Source: Desulfatiglandales bacterium
Lineage (GTDB): Bacteria > Desulfobacterota > DSM-4660 > Desulfatiglandales > Desulfatiglandaceae
Direction: 5' to 3'
Assembly: GCA_963666345.1 (NCBI GenBank)
Contig: OY762721.1
Location: forward strand, 320,001-384,000
Length of the DNA: 64,000 bases
The notes under the pieces are model-generated. The model saw nothing but the letters and a program-made list of their open reading frames with translations. It made no database searches and had not been told where the DNA came from. Below, piece by piece: positions 51,603-61,246 of this stretch (within the stretch, counting starts at the first letter, position 1; each line of letters starts with the position of its first letter). The translations under genes were made by a program, and so were the position numbers.

Positions 51603-53426
51603 CTATTCAGTGTCGTCAACACCAGGAAGTCTTACGACAAATGTCGTTGTTTTTTTATCACTTTTAATGTCTATCCGCCCCTTTAAAAGTTTCATTATAC
51701 GGTGAGTTATATAAAGGCCCCTGCCATCGCCTTCACCTTCCATTATTCGCAATCGATCATCTTCACTTATGTGTCCTGTATTGGTTATCTCTGCACAGGT
51801 CCATCGGCCGTCCCTATACGTTCGCACAGACAGACGCCCCCCCCTGATCGGGATCGCCTTGGTGGCATTGTTCAATAGATTATCGAAAACCCTTTCCAGG
51901 TGCATTACATAGCCTTTGACCTTGAGGTTGTGGTCAAAAGGACCCTCTTTCAGGCTCACATTTTGTTTCAGCTGTTCCTTTATTGCCTCCCTGTTTATTT
52001 CAAAACGCCTCCTAAGCACCTCCGTAAGCTCCAGAATCTGCTCGTCACCCACCTGGTAAATACTCAATGCCAGTTCCTGAAGACGGCTCGTCTCTTGAAG
52101 CAGGATATCCGCGTATCGCCGTATTTGTTCCCTGGAGGACTCGTAATCCTCCTGCTCCAGCAGCTTCTTGAGCCTTCTGGCAAATCCCGCCGTGGCAATA
52201 GCCGGATTTTTAAAATCATGCAGCGCATCGTCCAGCCGCTCCATGCGTTTTGCCTTTAGGAGTTCCCTGCCCAGGAACAGGAATGTATCTATCTCATCGT
52301 CACTGTATCTCTTTCTCTGATCAAGGGCATCGAACGTCATTACATGGCTTGTTTCCCCTTCCAGTGAAAGCGGAATATAGAGGATGGAATTGATATTTTT
52401 ATTAGCGGCGAATCCTTTGATTTTATTAGATATAAGATCGCTTTTCTGAGGATCGAGCACCAGTATATGAAAGGGAGTTACTATCTCGTAGGTTGAATCC
52501 CCGCTGTATTCCGACAGATTTAGCAGAACCCCGAACGCCGGCTCGTCACTTATGGGAAAACTGTTTCCTGTTGCGTGGTGGCCGGTGGTTTCAGGGTATG
52601 AGGCCTCCAGAATGAGCTTTTCCTGGTCCTTTGATACGGAAAACAGTGCACAGCTCTGAAGATCGACGATATCCGCCAACTCAGGTATGATACTGTCAAA
52701 TACCTCCTTCATCTTTATTCCGCCCCTGGTTCCCATGGTTCGGAATATCCGCTGGACGATAACCTTCCTCTTCTCCCTTGCTTTCTGCATGGAGAGAATT
52801 TTTTTCCGGGCAATTACAAAGCTTAGCCTCTTGGCCATAAGCTTTGCCGCATCTACCTCCAGTGATGAAAATTTTCTTCCTCTTTCCGAAAAATATATCT
52901 GAATAACCCCTACCAGATCTCTATCACTGGAAAAGAATCTGGGGATCTCAAAGGGTACTGCGATAAGAGACCGTACGCCCTTTCTGTATATGACCTCCTT
53001 GTTATGGTACCGCTCCTCATCCAGGATATCAGGAACCAGATAAGGGCTGCGGGTCTTAACGACCTCACCGGCTATGCTGTTCTCAAGAGGGATAAGCTTC
53101 TCACGCGTCTCTTCTTCATGAGGAAAAGACCCGAAGCTGAGCATCTGAGAGGTATGTGGATCATATATACGCACAGAGGCATGATGGGCGTTGAGGAATT
53201 CCACCATATATTGAGTTGCATTTCTGAGGATTTGTCTTTCGGAAAGGTCCGGATCAATCTCAACGATTTCATCGACCTGTCTGGTCATATGCCTCAAGAA
53301 ACCGGCGACCATATGCTCTTCTATCCATTCGGCAAGGCGTTCCCAGAACTGCTCATCCGTGCAGCCGGCTTTTGTCCAGGGTTCCCTCTGAACCAGTTCG
53401 ATGAAATGTTCAAGATTTATAATCAT
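51603..53426 (-). CDS. Cytoplasmic GAF-GAF sensor histidine kinase
   Basis: Two GAF segments, LHDFKNP, DNLLNNA, GDGRGL. Confidence 0.85.
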   Translation of the reverse strand: MIINLEHFIELVQREPWTKAGCTDEQFWERLAEWIEEHMVAGFLRHMTRQVDEIVEIDPDLSERQILRNATQYMVEFLNAHHASVRIYDPHTSQMLSFGSFPHEEETREKLIPLENSIAGEVVKTRSPYLVPDILDEERYHNKEVIYRKGVRSLIAVPFEIPRFFSSDRDLVGVIQIYFSERGRKFSSLEVDAAKLMAKRLSFVIARKKILSMQKAREKRKVIVQRIFRTMGTRGGIKMKEVFDSIIPELADIVDLQSCALFSVSKDQEKLILEASYPETTGHHATGNSFPISDEPAFGVLLNLSEYSGDSTYEIVTPFHILVLDPQKSDLISNKIKGFAANKNINSILYIPLSLEGETSHVMTFDALDQRKRYSDDEIDTFLFLGRELLKAKRMERLDDALHDFKNPAIATAGFARRLKKLLEQEDYESSREQIRRYADILLQETSRLQELALSIYQVGDEQILELTEVLRRRFEINREAIKEQLKQNVSLKEGPFDHNLKVKGYVMHLERVFDNLLNNATKAIPIRGGRLSVRTYRDGRWTCAEITNTGHISEDDRLRIMEGEGDGRGLYITHRIMKLLKGRIDIKSDKKTTTFVVRLPGVDDTE

Positions 53427-53741
53427 CCGTGGCCTGTTTTTAGGTGAATTAAGAGAAGGCAAAATTTGGATAACAGATAGCATGCATAAAGTCAAGAAAC
53501 GGAGCGACCATGAGGACCGGTCCGGCATTCATGAATCTCATTTTAAGGCTGCAATGACGACCCAAATCCGCCAGCTAAATCAGTCATAATCAGTTATTAC
53601 TCGGGATCTTGAATTAGCCCCGAACGCCGGTAAGATGCTGGAGACAAGGTGCCGGAAAGCGACGAGTGAGGCGTATGACTCATACGGCCCGCGCATTACC
53701 TCCTGATAGCAGGTCAGGAGAGGACAAGTCTTGTTGACGAG

Positions 53742-54575
53742 ATGGCCCTTTCTGTGTTACAGCCATTTCCCATGCTCCAATTTCCCGACATAGGTCCCAG
53801 TATCATCGAAATAGGCCCGCTAAAACTGCGCTGGTACGGTCTAATGTATGTTATCGGCTTTGCTACCGCTTATCTCCTGATCCCGAGACAATCAAAGGCA
53901 AGGGAACTCGAATTAAAGGGAACAAGGCTTCAAAACCTGATCTTCTATGTTGCCGTGGGCCTTATAATAGGTGCAAGGCTCGGATACGTATTGTTCTACC
54001 AGCTTCCCAACCTTGAGGAATACCTGCTCAACCCCCTGGAAATAATAGCAATATGGCATGGCGGCATGTCATTTCATGGAGGCCTTATAGGCGCGGTCCT
54101 GGGCGGCTACATCTTCTGCAGAATAAACCGCCTGCCGTTCTGGAAAACTGCTGACGCGGTTATAGTTACAGCCCCTGTCGGCCTTGGATTCGGAAGGATC
54201 GGAAACTTCATCAACGGTGAACTGTTCGGGCGTCCGAGCTCGGTTCCATGGGCTATGATATTTCCATTTGGAGGAGCAGCTCCGCGACATCCTTCCCAGT
54301 TATATGAAGCAGCTCTTGAAGGGGTCCTTCTTTTTATAATACTCTGGAAGCTAAGAGACCGCCTCCCTAAACCGGGGAGCATGGTCTGTGTGTTTTTCGC
54401 AGGATATGGATCACTCCGTTTTATCGTGGAATTTTTCAGACAGCCGGATCCCCAAATCGGTTTGTTTCTGGGAGTATTTTCCATGGGTCAGATACTCTGT
54501 TTCGGCATGTTAACCGTAGCGGTTATACTCTGGTTGCTCCTTCCGGATAAACAGGCAAAAGGCGACTATTCCTGA
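53742..54575 (+). CDS. lgt: Prolipoprotein diacylglyceryl transferase
   Basis: RWYGLMY, GGMSFHGG, GRIGNFINGELFGR, HPSQLYE; start may be 53772. Confidence 0.96.
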   Translation: MALSVLQPFPMLQFPDIGPSIIEIGPLKLRWYGLMYVIGFATAYLLIPRQSKARELELKGTRLQNLIFYVAVGLIIGARLGYVLFYQLPNLEEYLLNPLEIIAIWHGGMSFHGGLIGAVLGGYIFCRINRLPFWKTADAVIVTAPVGLGFGRIGNFINGELFGRPSSVPWAMIFPFGGAAPRHPSQLYEAALEGVLLFIILWKLRDRLPKPGSMVCVFFAGYGSLRFIVEFFRQPDPQIGLFLGVFSMGQILCFGMLTVAVILWLLLPDKQAKGDYS

Positions 54576-54723
54576 AAACGTTCTCTATCCCGGTTGCGTT
54601 GAAAACGCCTTTCTGATTTAGTGCCATTTTGATATCCCTGATGTATCAATCCTTCTCCGGTTTTTAATAACCCTTTTTGGCTCTACGAATCAAAGGCTGA
54701 TCTATTCACCTTGGGGAGCATGA

Positions 54724-55881
54724 ATGGATATCACGATAAGACTCATCCTTTTTCTTTCTGTTTTCCTTTTGATATACGGTGCGCTTCATTACTATTTCTA
54801 CAAAAAGCTAACCGCCGTTGTCACACTGGGTCCCTGCACGCGGATTGCAATAGGAATAACGCTTCTGGTGCTGCTTCTCTGCCCTATATTGATCAATTAC
54901 TGCGCAACCAGGATAAATCACACCCTGATAACCATAATGGCATTTTCAGGTTATGAGTGGATGGGTTTTCTTTTCCTTTTTTTTTCACTTCATCTTCTCT
55001 TTGATCTATATGGAATACTTAACGACAAACTCCGTCATAAAAAAAGCTTCCGTAACCGAGTGGCCAAACCGGCCGGATCGACTTCATTTATTGCAACCCT
55101 GATAACGGTTTTCCTGATTCTTGTCTTCGGCACTTTTGAGGCTCAAGATATACGGACCGAAAGGCTGGTATTGAATTCTGAAAAGCTGCCTTCATGCAAA
55201 AATTATCTGAGGATTGTTCAGATCTCGGATACACATTTCAATGCCATCCGGGGACAAGGGCTTGCTCGCAAGATCATCGCTATCATAAGAAAACTTGAGC
55301 CTGATCTACTTGTTTTCACAGGAGATTTCTGTGACAAAAGCATCGATCATATTGAAAGGATTTCGGCCATGTTTCGAGGTCTTAAGGTCCCTATGGGTAA
55401 ATATTCCGTCACGGGAAACCATGAATTTTATCACGGAATAGACGAATCGATCAAAATAATGGAGTCGGCGGGGTTCAAGGTCTTAAGAAATGAAATTACA
55501 ACCGCAGGAGCCGCTGCAGACATCGTCGGAGTTGATGATGAAGCGGCATCACGATTCGGCCTTGAACACGATAATAACGTATGCGACCTGCTCAGGCGTG
55601 CATCAAAAAAGCGCTTTACGATTTTACTCAAACACCGGCCCAGGGTTGACAATCGATGTACGGATCTTCTTGACCTGCAACTGTCCGGTCATACCCATGG
55701 CGGCCAGATATTTCCTTTTGATATCATATCTTCGATTTTTTTCCCTTATCACAACGGGCTGTATTCAATCGGGGAAGAATCCCTAATCTATGTCAGTCGC
55801 GGTACAGGCACATGGGGCCCTCCCGTGAGATTTCTTTCTCCTCCCGAAATCACGGTAATCGACGTTCAAACAAGGAAATAA
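54724..55881 (+). CDS. Membrane-anchored metallophosphoesterase
   Basis: N-terminal TMs; SDTH, TGD, GNHE, SGHTHGGQ. Confidence 0.9.
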   Translation: MDITIRLILFLSVFLLIYGALHYYFYKKLTAVVTLGPCTRIAIGITLLVLLLCPILINYCATRINHTLITIMAFSGYEWMGFLFLFFSLHLLFDLYGILNDKLRHKKSFRNRVAKPAGSTSFIATLITVFLILVFGTFEAQDIRTERLVLNSEKLPSCKNYLRIVQISDTHFNAIRGQGLARKIIAIIRKLEPDLLVFTGDFCDKSIDHIERISAMFRGLKVPMGKYSVTGNHEFYHGIDESIKIMESAGFKVLRNEITTAGAAADIVGVDDEAASRFGLEHDNNVCDLLRRASKKRFTILLKHRPRVDNRCTDLLDLQLSGHTHGGQIFPFDIISSIFFPYHNGLYSIGEESLIYVSRGTGTWGPPVRFLSPPEITVIDVQTRK

Positions 55882-56025
55882 CGGGATGGACCATCTTCCG
55901 ATTAGCATTTGAAGTTCATCAGGCAGAATAAGTAGCCTGTCTCCAGCTGAATAAATGTGATTCCAGAGGTTCTGAAGGGTTTTGGGAACCTCTTCCACAA
56001 CTAACTCGGGGGAAAATCAATAATA

Positions 56026-56460
56026 TCAACCGGCGCCTTTGCTGCGGCACAAATATGCCTCGTCAATTCTTTGCGCAATATACGAAAGTTTATCTTTTTC
56101 GTATCCGTATATGTCAAAGCAATAACCGTCTTCTCCAAGAAGCCCACCTGGAATAAGATCACCCTCTTCATCGGGATCACTGATCGTGTCTCCGTAAAAA
56201 CACACTGACAGCCATCTGTTATCGGGATCATCATCTATAACATCTACCATTACGAAAAGTGCTCTTTCTTCGTCATCAACTGCACCGGCCCGAAGAGAAT
56301 GAGTTATTCCCGGCCTTGAATTGAAACCTAACTTTACTCCTTTTGCTTTCATTAGATGATCTTTGAGAAAACCGAACACCTTCCTTACACCTTCGGGATC
56401 ATTTTCCCAGGAATCAAGAAATTTAATCATATCTTTCGATTCTTCTTCCGAACTGAACAT
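56026..56460 (-). CDS. Acidic hypothetical protein
   Basis: AGGAGG RBS; LFVMVDVIDDDPDNRWLSVCFY..GGLLGEDGYCFD looks like a conserved motif. Confidence 0.75.
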   Translation of the reverse strand: MFSSEEESKDMIKFLDSWENDPEGVRKVFGFLKDHLMKAKGVKLGFNSRPGITHSLRAGAVDDEERALFVMVDVIDDDPDNRWLSVCFYGDTISDPDEEGDLIPGGLLGEDGYCFDIYGYEKDKLSYIAQRIDEAYLCRSKGAG

Positions 56461-57642
56461 GAGTACCTCCTGATACATTTACCGGATCAACAAACAGATA
56501 ATAAAGCTCTTTTGCAATTCTGACTAACAAAAGAGAGAAAATCAACGGTTCAACCCCCGCCGCAAAAATCCTCTGCCAGGATCTCCGACATCCTATATTT
56601 AAGCTTCAGATTCCCTCAATGCCTTTTTCATGGTGCCAATATGACCTGCCCGAAATTTCTTTTCAGCTCATCTGAGAGAACCTCGACTGCCCTGTCATCG
56701 GCCAGTTCCACCATTAATTCACCTTCCTCACCCGCTACAACCCTTCCATGTTTTCCTCAATCCCGCCTGTTTTGGAAGCCCCTGAGGTCAACCGACCCGC
56801 CGTTCTCATCAGAAGTTATCTTCCTTTCAGTTTAACCAGATCTATGTCCCTGAAACACGCTACACACGCGATAACGGCAGGTTCCATCAATACCGGGATT
56901 ACGGCATGATAAATCCGGCAACAACCGAACAGGCTCAATCTCCTCAAGATGCCCCTCAGATAATACAGTCGAACCTTGAATCATCAGAAAGAACATCAAG
57001 GGGTACTTCTATTCCGATTCTGCTTAGAGAAAAAATGAATACCCATTTGTTTAATTCCGAAATTTCATTCCCGTCCATCCAAATACCCTTCCCTCAGCAT
57101 CAGACCAGGCACTCTTAAACATAAACCTTGTATGTTCTCTGGCGGGCCTGAGTCTTGAATCAAAACGGGAAAAACCGAGTCTAATTAGAGTCTCTTTCTG
57201 TGCCGACTCCATATGTGAAAATATGGATATCATTTTCCAGACAGGCGGATCAAGCCTCATTTGTCATAATCATCAGTCATTGATAAAAACCGATCTTATT
57301 CACAAAATAAATTATTCAATCTGATCTCGAAATATCACGGATAACCCTAATAGAATAAAGTTGAAAAATACAGGCTGAATATTCATGAATCGCAAGGAAG
57401 ATATTTTGGCGGGGACGTCTTTTTAAATTATAATAAAGGCGGAAAGCCGGACGATTCTCTTTCCAATTAAGGCATATATGCTGCCCGCGCAGAAGGAGGC
57501 TACAACTGAAGGGCCAAAAAGACCAATTTCCGGTCCCTTCGCGCTCTTTTACGATCTATCGACTGGGCCCTCTTTTATTCAGTTCAGAAGGCCCGGTCGA
57601 TAAGAATTGAAGGGAAAGAGTCCTATAACTCAACGATAATTA

Positions 57643-58053
57643 TCAGGTCTTTTTTATGTATGCGCCCCTGCCGACTTTTTCTATTTTTCCCTCTTTGTAT
57701 GCCCTGTGAACGATATCCCAGATTTTTCTTGTGTTGTAACCGGTCTTTTTATGAAGCTGGGCCGTATCAACACCTTTCTTGCTTCTATTAATTATCTTAA
57801 GGACGTTCTCAGTGGCTGAAGGGGTCTTTGCCTTCTTTACTGCAGCTTTTTTTGCGGGTTTCTTCTTTGCCGGAGCCTTTTTTGCCACAGTTTTTTTCGC
57901 CACAGTCTTCTTTGCAGCGGCTTTCGCAGGTTTGGCTTTCTTTGCCTGTGCCTTCTCCATCTTTCCCAGAGATGCGATCATCTGCTCGGTTTTCTTGGTA
58001 AGAGTCTTAAGATTCTTTGAAAGACTTTCCAAGCTTCTTTTCATCTGCTTCAT
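57643..58053 (-). CDS. Lys/Ala-rich histone H1-like protein with C-terminal winged-helix-like domain
   Basis: AKKTV/AKKAP repeats; KTGYNTRKIWDIVHRAYKEGKIEKVGRGAY. Confidence 0.75.
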   Translation of the reverse strand: MKQMKRSLESLSKNLKTLTKKTEQMIASLGKMEKAQAKKAKPAKAAAKKTVAKKTVAKKAPAKKKPAKKAAVKKAKTPSATENVLKIINRSKKGVDTAQLHKKTGYNTRKIWDIVHRAYKEGKIEKVGRGAYIKKT

Positions 58054-58101
58054 ATCTTATCTCCTTTTACCCGTTGTTTTTGCTCAAAGAGATACCCTTG
58101 C

Positions 58102-58371
58102 CTAGTTAACAGCGTCCTTTAACGCCTTACCAGCAACGAATTTGGGAACATTCTTGGCAGCGATATTTATCACTTCACCAGTCTGAGGGTTTCTCCCCTT
58201 TCTGGCATCCCTCTTATCCACCTTGAATGTGCCGAAGCCGATCAGGGTAACGGCATCTTTCTTTTTCATCGCGTCTGTGATAGATGAAAATACGCAATCA
58301 ACAGCAGCCTGTGCTTCCTTTTTGCTGCCAACCACTTTTGCCACTTCATTAATCAAATCGCCTTTGTTCAT
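58102..58371 (-). CDS. hup: DNA-binding protein HU
   Basis: MNKGDLI, GFGTF, GRNPQTG, PKFVAGKALKDAV. Confidence 0.97.
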   Translation of the reverse strand: MNKGDLINEVAKVVGSKKEAQAAVDCVFSSITDAMKKKDAVTLIGFGTFKVDKRDARKGRNPQTGEVINIAAKNVPKFVAGKALKDAVN

Positions 58372-58572
58372 CTCTTCCCTCCCTTTTTATATGTAACACA
58401 AATTAGATTTAAAATTAGTCTATAATAACAGCTTTTTTTTGAAAATTCAACATATTTATTAAGTAACAAAGCTTTGTTATCTCATATTTCCACATTTATT
58501 CAATCACTAATCGCTTTAAAATCAATTCTCAACCATCATAATTTCGAACTTCAAAAGCTAAACTCCTAATTC

Positions 58573-58857
58573 GTGCCCATCCGGAAATCAAAATGAAGGT
58601 CATGGAGAAATTTTCGGGTCAGAAATAAGGTATTTTTGTTCAAAATCAAGAAACCGGGAACTCGCTGCAAAACAGTGGGACTGAGTGAAACGAAGAAATT
58701 GGGAATCCGGTCAGAGCCTGTCGAAGAACGGACTGAGAGAAACGAAGAAAAGCAAGTAATTGCGCAGACACTGGCATATGGAAAATCTTATTCCTGTAGG
58801 GCGGGATGCGAGTTGACACAAAATTTTGGCAAAAAGCCATTTCCGGTCGAAAACTAG
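58573..58857. repeat. Degenerate MITE/REP-like element
   Basis: GTGCCCATCCGGAAAT..ATTTCCGGTCGAAAAC ends; internal unit 31/35 identical to 60439-60473. Confidence 0.55.
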
Positions 58858-59333
58858 CTTACCAATATAACGGACACTTCATGCAAAGAAGACAGGACTT
58901 TATTCGTTACACTGCCGAGCAGGAATTCCTTTGCAGCCGACAAACCTCTTCTTCCCATAACTACCGTGTCATAACCCGACTTAGCTTCTGTTACGATGGC
59001 CCTTGCAGGTCCTTTTTTTTCCACAACCATCTTCTTTTTGATATTTTTTTTATCAAAGCCCGCATCAATCAAAGCCGATTCGGCGTTATTAATGGCCTCT
59101 TTCACCAAAGCCTTTTTCCTGTCTTCAAGCGCACAGAATACCCCCTGTTGTTTCAGAAAATAGGGAGTCAGGGTGGGAGTATTAAATCCTGTCATTTCAC
59201 ACAAAGCAGCGGTATCGGGTATTACGCTGAACAACGTGATTTCGTGTTCGAAGGTGAAAGACTGCGCAACATATTCTAATGCACGCATGGCATTGACCGA
59301 TGCATCTAAGGCAACCAAAATTTTTTTCCCCAT
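58854..59333 (-). CDS. Universal stress protein
   Basis: KILVALDAS, VVMGRRGLS..LLGSVTNKV. Confidence 0.92.
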   Translation of the reverse strand: MGKKILVALDASVNAMRALEYVAQSFTFEHEITLFSVIPDTAALCEMTGFNTPTLTPYFLKQQGVFCALEDRKKALVKEAINNAESALIDAGFDKKNIKKKMVVEKKGPARAIVTEAKSGYDTVVMGRRGLSAAKEFLLGSVTNKVLSSLHEVSVILVS

Positions 59334-59928
59334 TGGTATTGTCCTCCTTTTTAGATCCACTGCTCAAGCCTTTCTTGAGCAGGCAGATGGCAAAATATTT
59401 TAATCAGATACAAAACATGGCACATCGCACAAACAATCGCACGGATTGCCGCAGATATTGGGCAAAAGGTCCATTTCCAGATGGTAACCAATTAGCCAAC
59501 CGTATCAATAGGCAGGGAATCTTTGCGCTTTCAATGTGTAAAGGCCTATATCTTCACCGGCCCGGTTTGATACCCTTTCCAATAATGGAAGTCCCTTCGG
59601 CTTGAGCATACGGATCTCAATGTCATCCGCCGGCTAAACGATATGAATCACAGACCGCATGTCCTCCTGACCCCTCGACCGCTTTTTCCGGCATTTCGCA
59701 GTAATGCGCAAAGGGACCTGTATGTTGTTCGGATACGAACCAAAAGAGATATCAACGCAAGAAGCAGTTTTATAACTTTGCCAAGCAAGGTAGCGCCGGC
59801 TGGAGAATTTCACAGGTGAGGCCATCTTTCCGATTTCGTAGCCTCCATTACCTTTTAGTCAGGCAAAGGGTCAGATATCTGAGTACGACAGGAGCGTCAC
59901 GTTAATGAAATAACTTCATTTAATCATG

Positions 59929-60532
59929 TGGCTCTTCTCCAATATAGTTGTCGAAGAGGGTCCAAGGATTCAAGGATTCTTTGCTTCGCTTACGCTTCGC
60001 GCAGTCCCACCCTTCGGCCAGCTCAGGGCGGGTTCCCGGTTTCAAGGGTTTTCTTTCCAGGGATTTGATCATTTATTTGGACATTGCCCCGACATCCCTT
60101 ATTTCCCTTCTTAATCTCTGAAGCCGCTCTTCTTTCAAATAACCCAGGCCAGCTGATGTCATGTCCCGGGTTTCCGATTCACAGTCTGAACCATATGCAA
60201 TAAAGAAAAATTGCATATACTCTATAGCCGTTTTTCTCCCATACCCTCAGGCGGTATCCCTTGACATGAAAACAGCGGATCTTCTGATTCGGGAGGTAAA
60301 ACAGTATTGCCCATCTTTAAAAAAAACGTTTAGCTCCTTTTTACACATGCAAACAAGGTGTATACAATTTTTGCCGAACGTTTAACTTCCAATGATCTTT
60401 AAACTTTCCACTCGAACCCGCGGCCCCTTGACCCCTCCAAACCGGGAACCCGCTGCGAAGAAGTGGGACTGAGCTGAGCTAAGCGAGGGCGAAGAATCCT
60501 TCATTTAGGCCAACTCTTTTGGAGATGATCCA
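59929..60532. mobile_element. Non-autonomous TIR cassette with 6-bp target site duplication
   Basis: 24-bp imperfect TIRs (19/24 match); ATCATG at 59923-59928 and 60533-60538. Confidence 0.7.
60043..60406 (-). pseudogene. Decayed four-helix-bundle (23S rRNA IVP/Avd-like) gene
   Basis: LNVRQKLY..QYCFTSRIRRSAV..A*GYGRKT..AYGSDCESET..LGYL..IKSL; three stops plus a frameshift in a T8 run. Confidence 0.8.
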
Positions 60533-60663
60533 ATCATGTTAACTACTTGATAAATGAAAAATATTCAAGACAAAAGGGCTGAAGAGATATCACGTTGAGG
60601 CACGATAAAAAAATGGGAAAGGAGATATCCTTTCCCGAATGAACGAACGTACCATCTATTTTG

Positions 60664-60751
60664 TGGTGCCGGAGGGGGGAATCGAACCCCCACTTCCGCA
60701 AGGGAAACTGGATTTTGAGTCCAGCGCGTCTACCAGTTTCACCACTCCGGC
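60664..60751 (-). tRNA. tRNA-Leu(CAA)
   Basis: GCCGGAG acceptor, CTGGA-CTCAAAA-TCCAG anticodon arm, long variable arm, GGTTCGATT, CCA end. Confidence 0.97.
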
Positions 60752-60768
60752 ATGAATACAAAAATGGA

Positions 60769-60835
60769 AGTATATAAAAAAATCCTGGAATCTGTCAATA
60801 TCATATTGACATAAACACGTCTCCTTTGCTATGAG
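60769..60835. promoter_or_regulatory. Back-to-back sigma70 promoters for the divergent tRNAs
   Basis: TGTCAATA-TCA-TATTGACA supplies TTGACA on both strands; TATACT (-) and TATGAG (+) at 18-nt spacing. Confidence 0.6.
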
Positions 60836-60844
60836 TACTCGCAT

Positions 60845-60920
60845 GGGGCTGTAGCTCAGCTGGGAGAGCGCATGACTGGCAGTCATGAGGTCGTCGGTTC
60901 GATCCCGATCAGCTCCACCA
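60845..60920 (+). tRNA. tRNA-Ala(GGC)
   Basis: GGGGCTG acceptor with G3-U70, CATGA-CTGGCAG-TCATG anticodon arm, CCA end. Confidence 0.97.
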
Positions 60921-60997
60921 TTGAAATCAAGGTGTTACAAAATTATCGAAAACATAGATCCATCAGATACTGTCCTTTTGTGACACTTCGACTGAAT

Positions 60998-61036
60998 TAA
61001 AGCGGTCAATTCTGAGATGTAATTGACCGCTTTTTT
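60998..61036 (+). terminator. Intrinsic terminator after tRNA-Ala
   Basis: AAAGCGGTCAATT..AATTGACCGCTTTTTT. Confidence 0.85.
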
Positions 61037-61246
61037 GTCTCCTGCCTCAAGTCAGCCATTTTTTATATCAAGGAAAAGCAGCCCTTCGGTTTAACTAAGG
61101 ACCATCAGCATGTCGAATGGCAGATTAAATCTTTATGTTGGACCAGGGGTGACAGAAACCGTTTGTTATAATCCCCTCTTTCTGATATATGCTTGGCTGC
61201 ATTCAAATAGACTTTCCATCAAAACTCTTAACATACCTTCCGGCTT

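Noticed and set aside
56899..57060. Minus frame with clustered TGAs (DCII*GAS*GD*AC) as a multi-Sec peptide
   Set aside because: No clear start/RBS, SECIS hairpin or recognisable family; likely chance
58651..60473. Repeat units as a CRISPR array or DGR
   Set aside because: Irregular spacing, mixed orientation, and no cas genes, reverse transcriptase or TR/VR pair
60921..60990. Integrated element at tRNA-Ala or tRNA-Leu
   Set aside because: No integrase and no duplicated tRNA 3' end in the window
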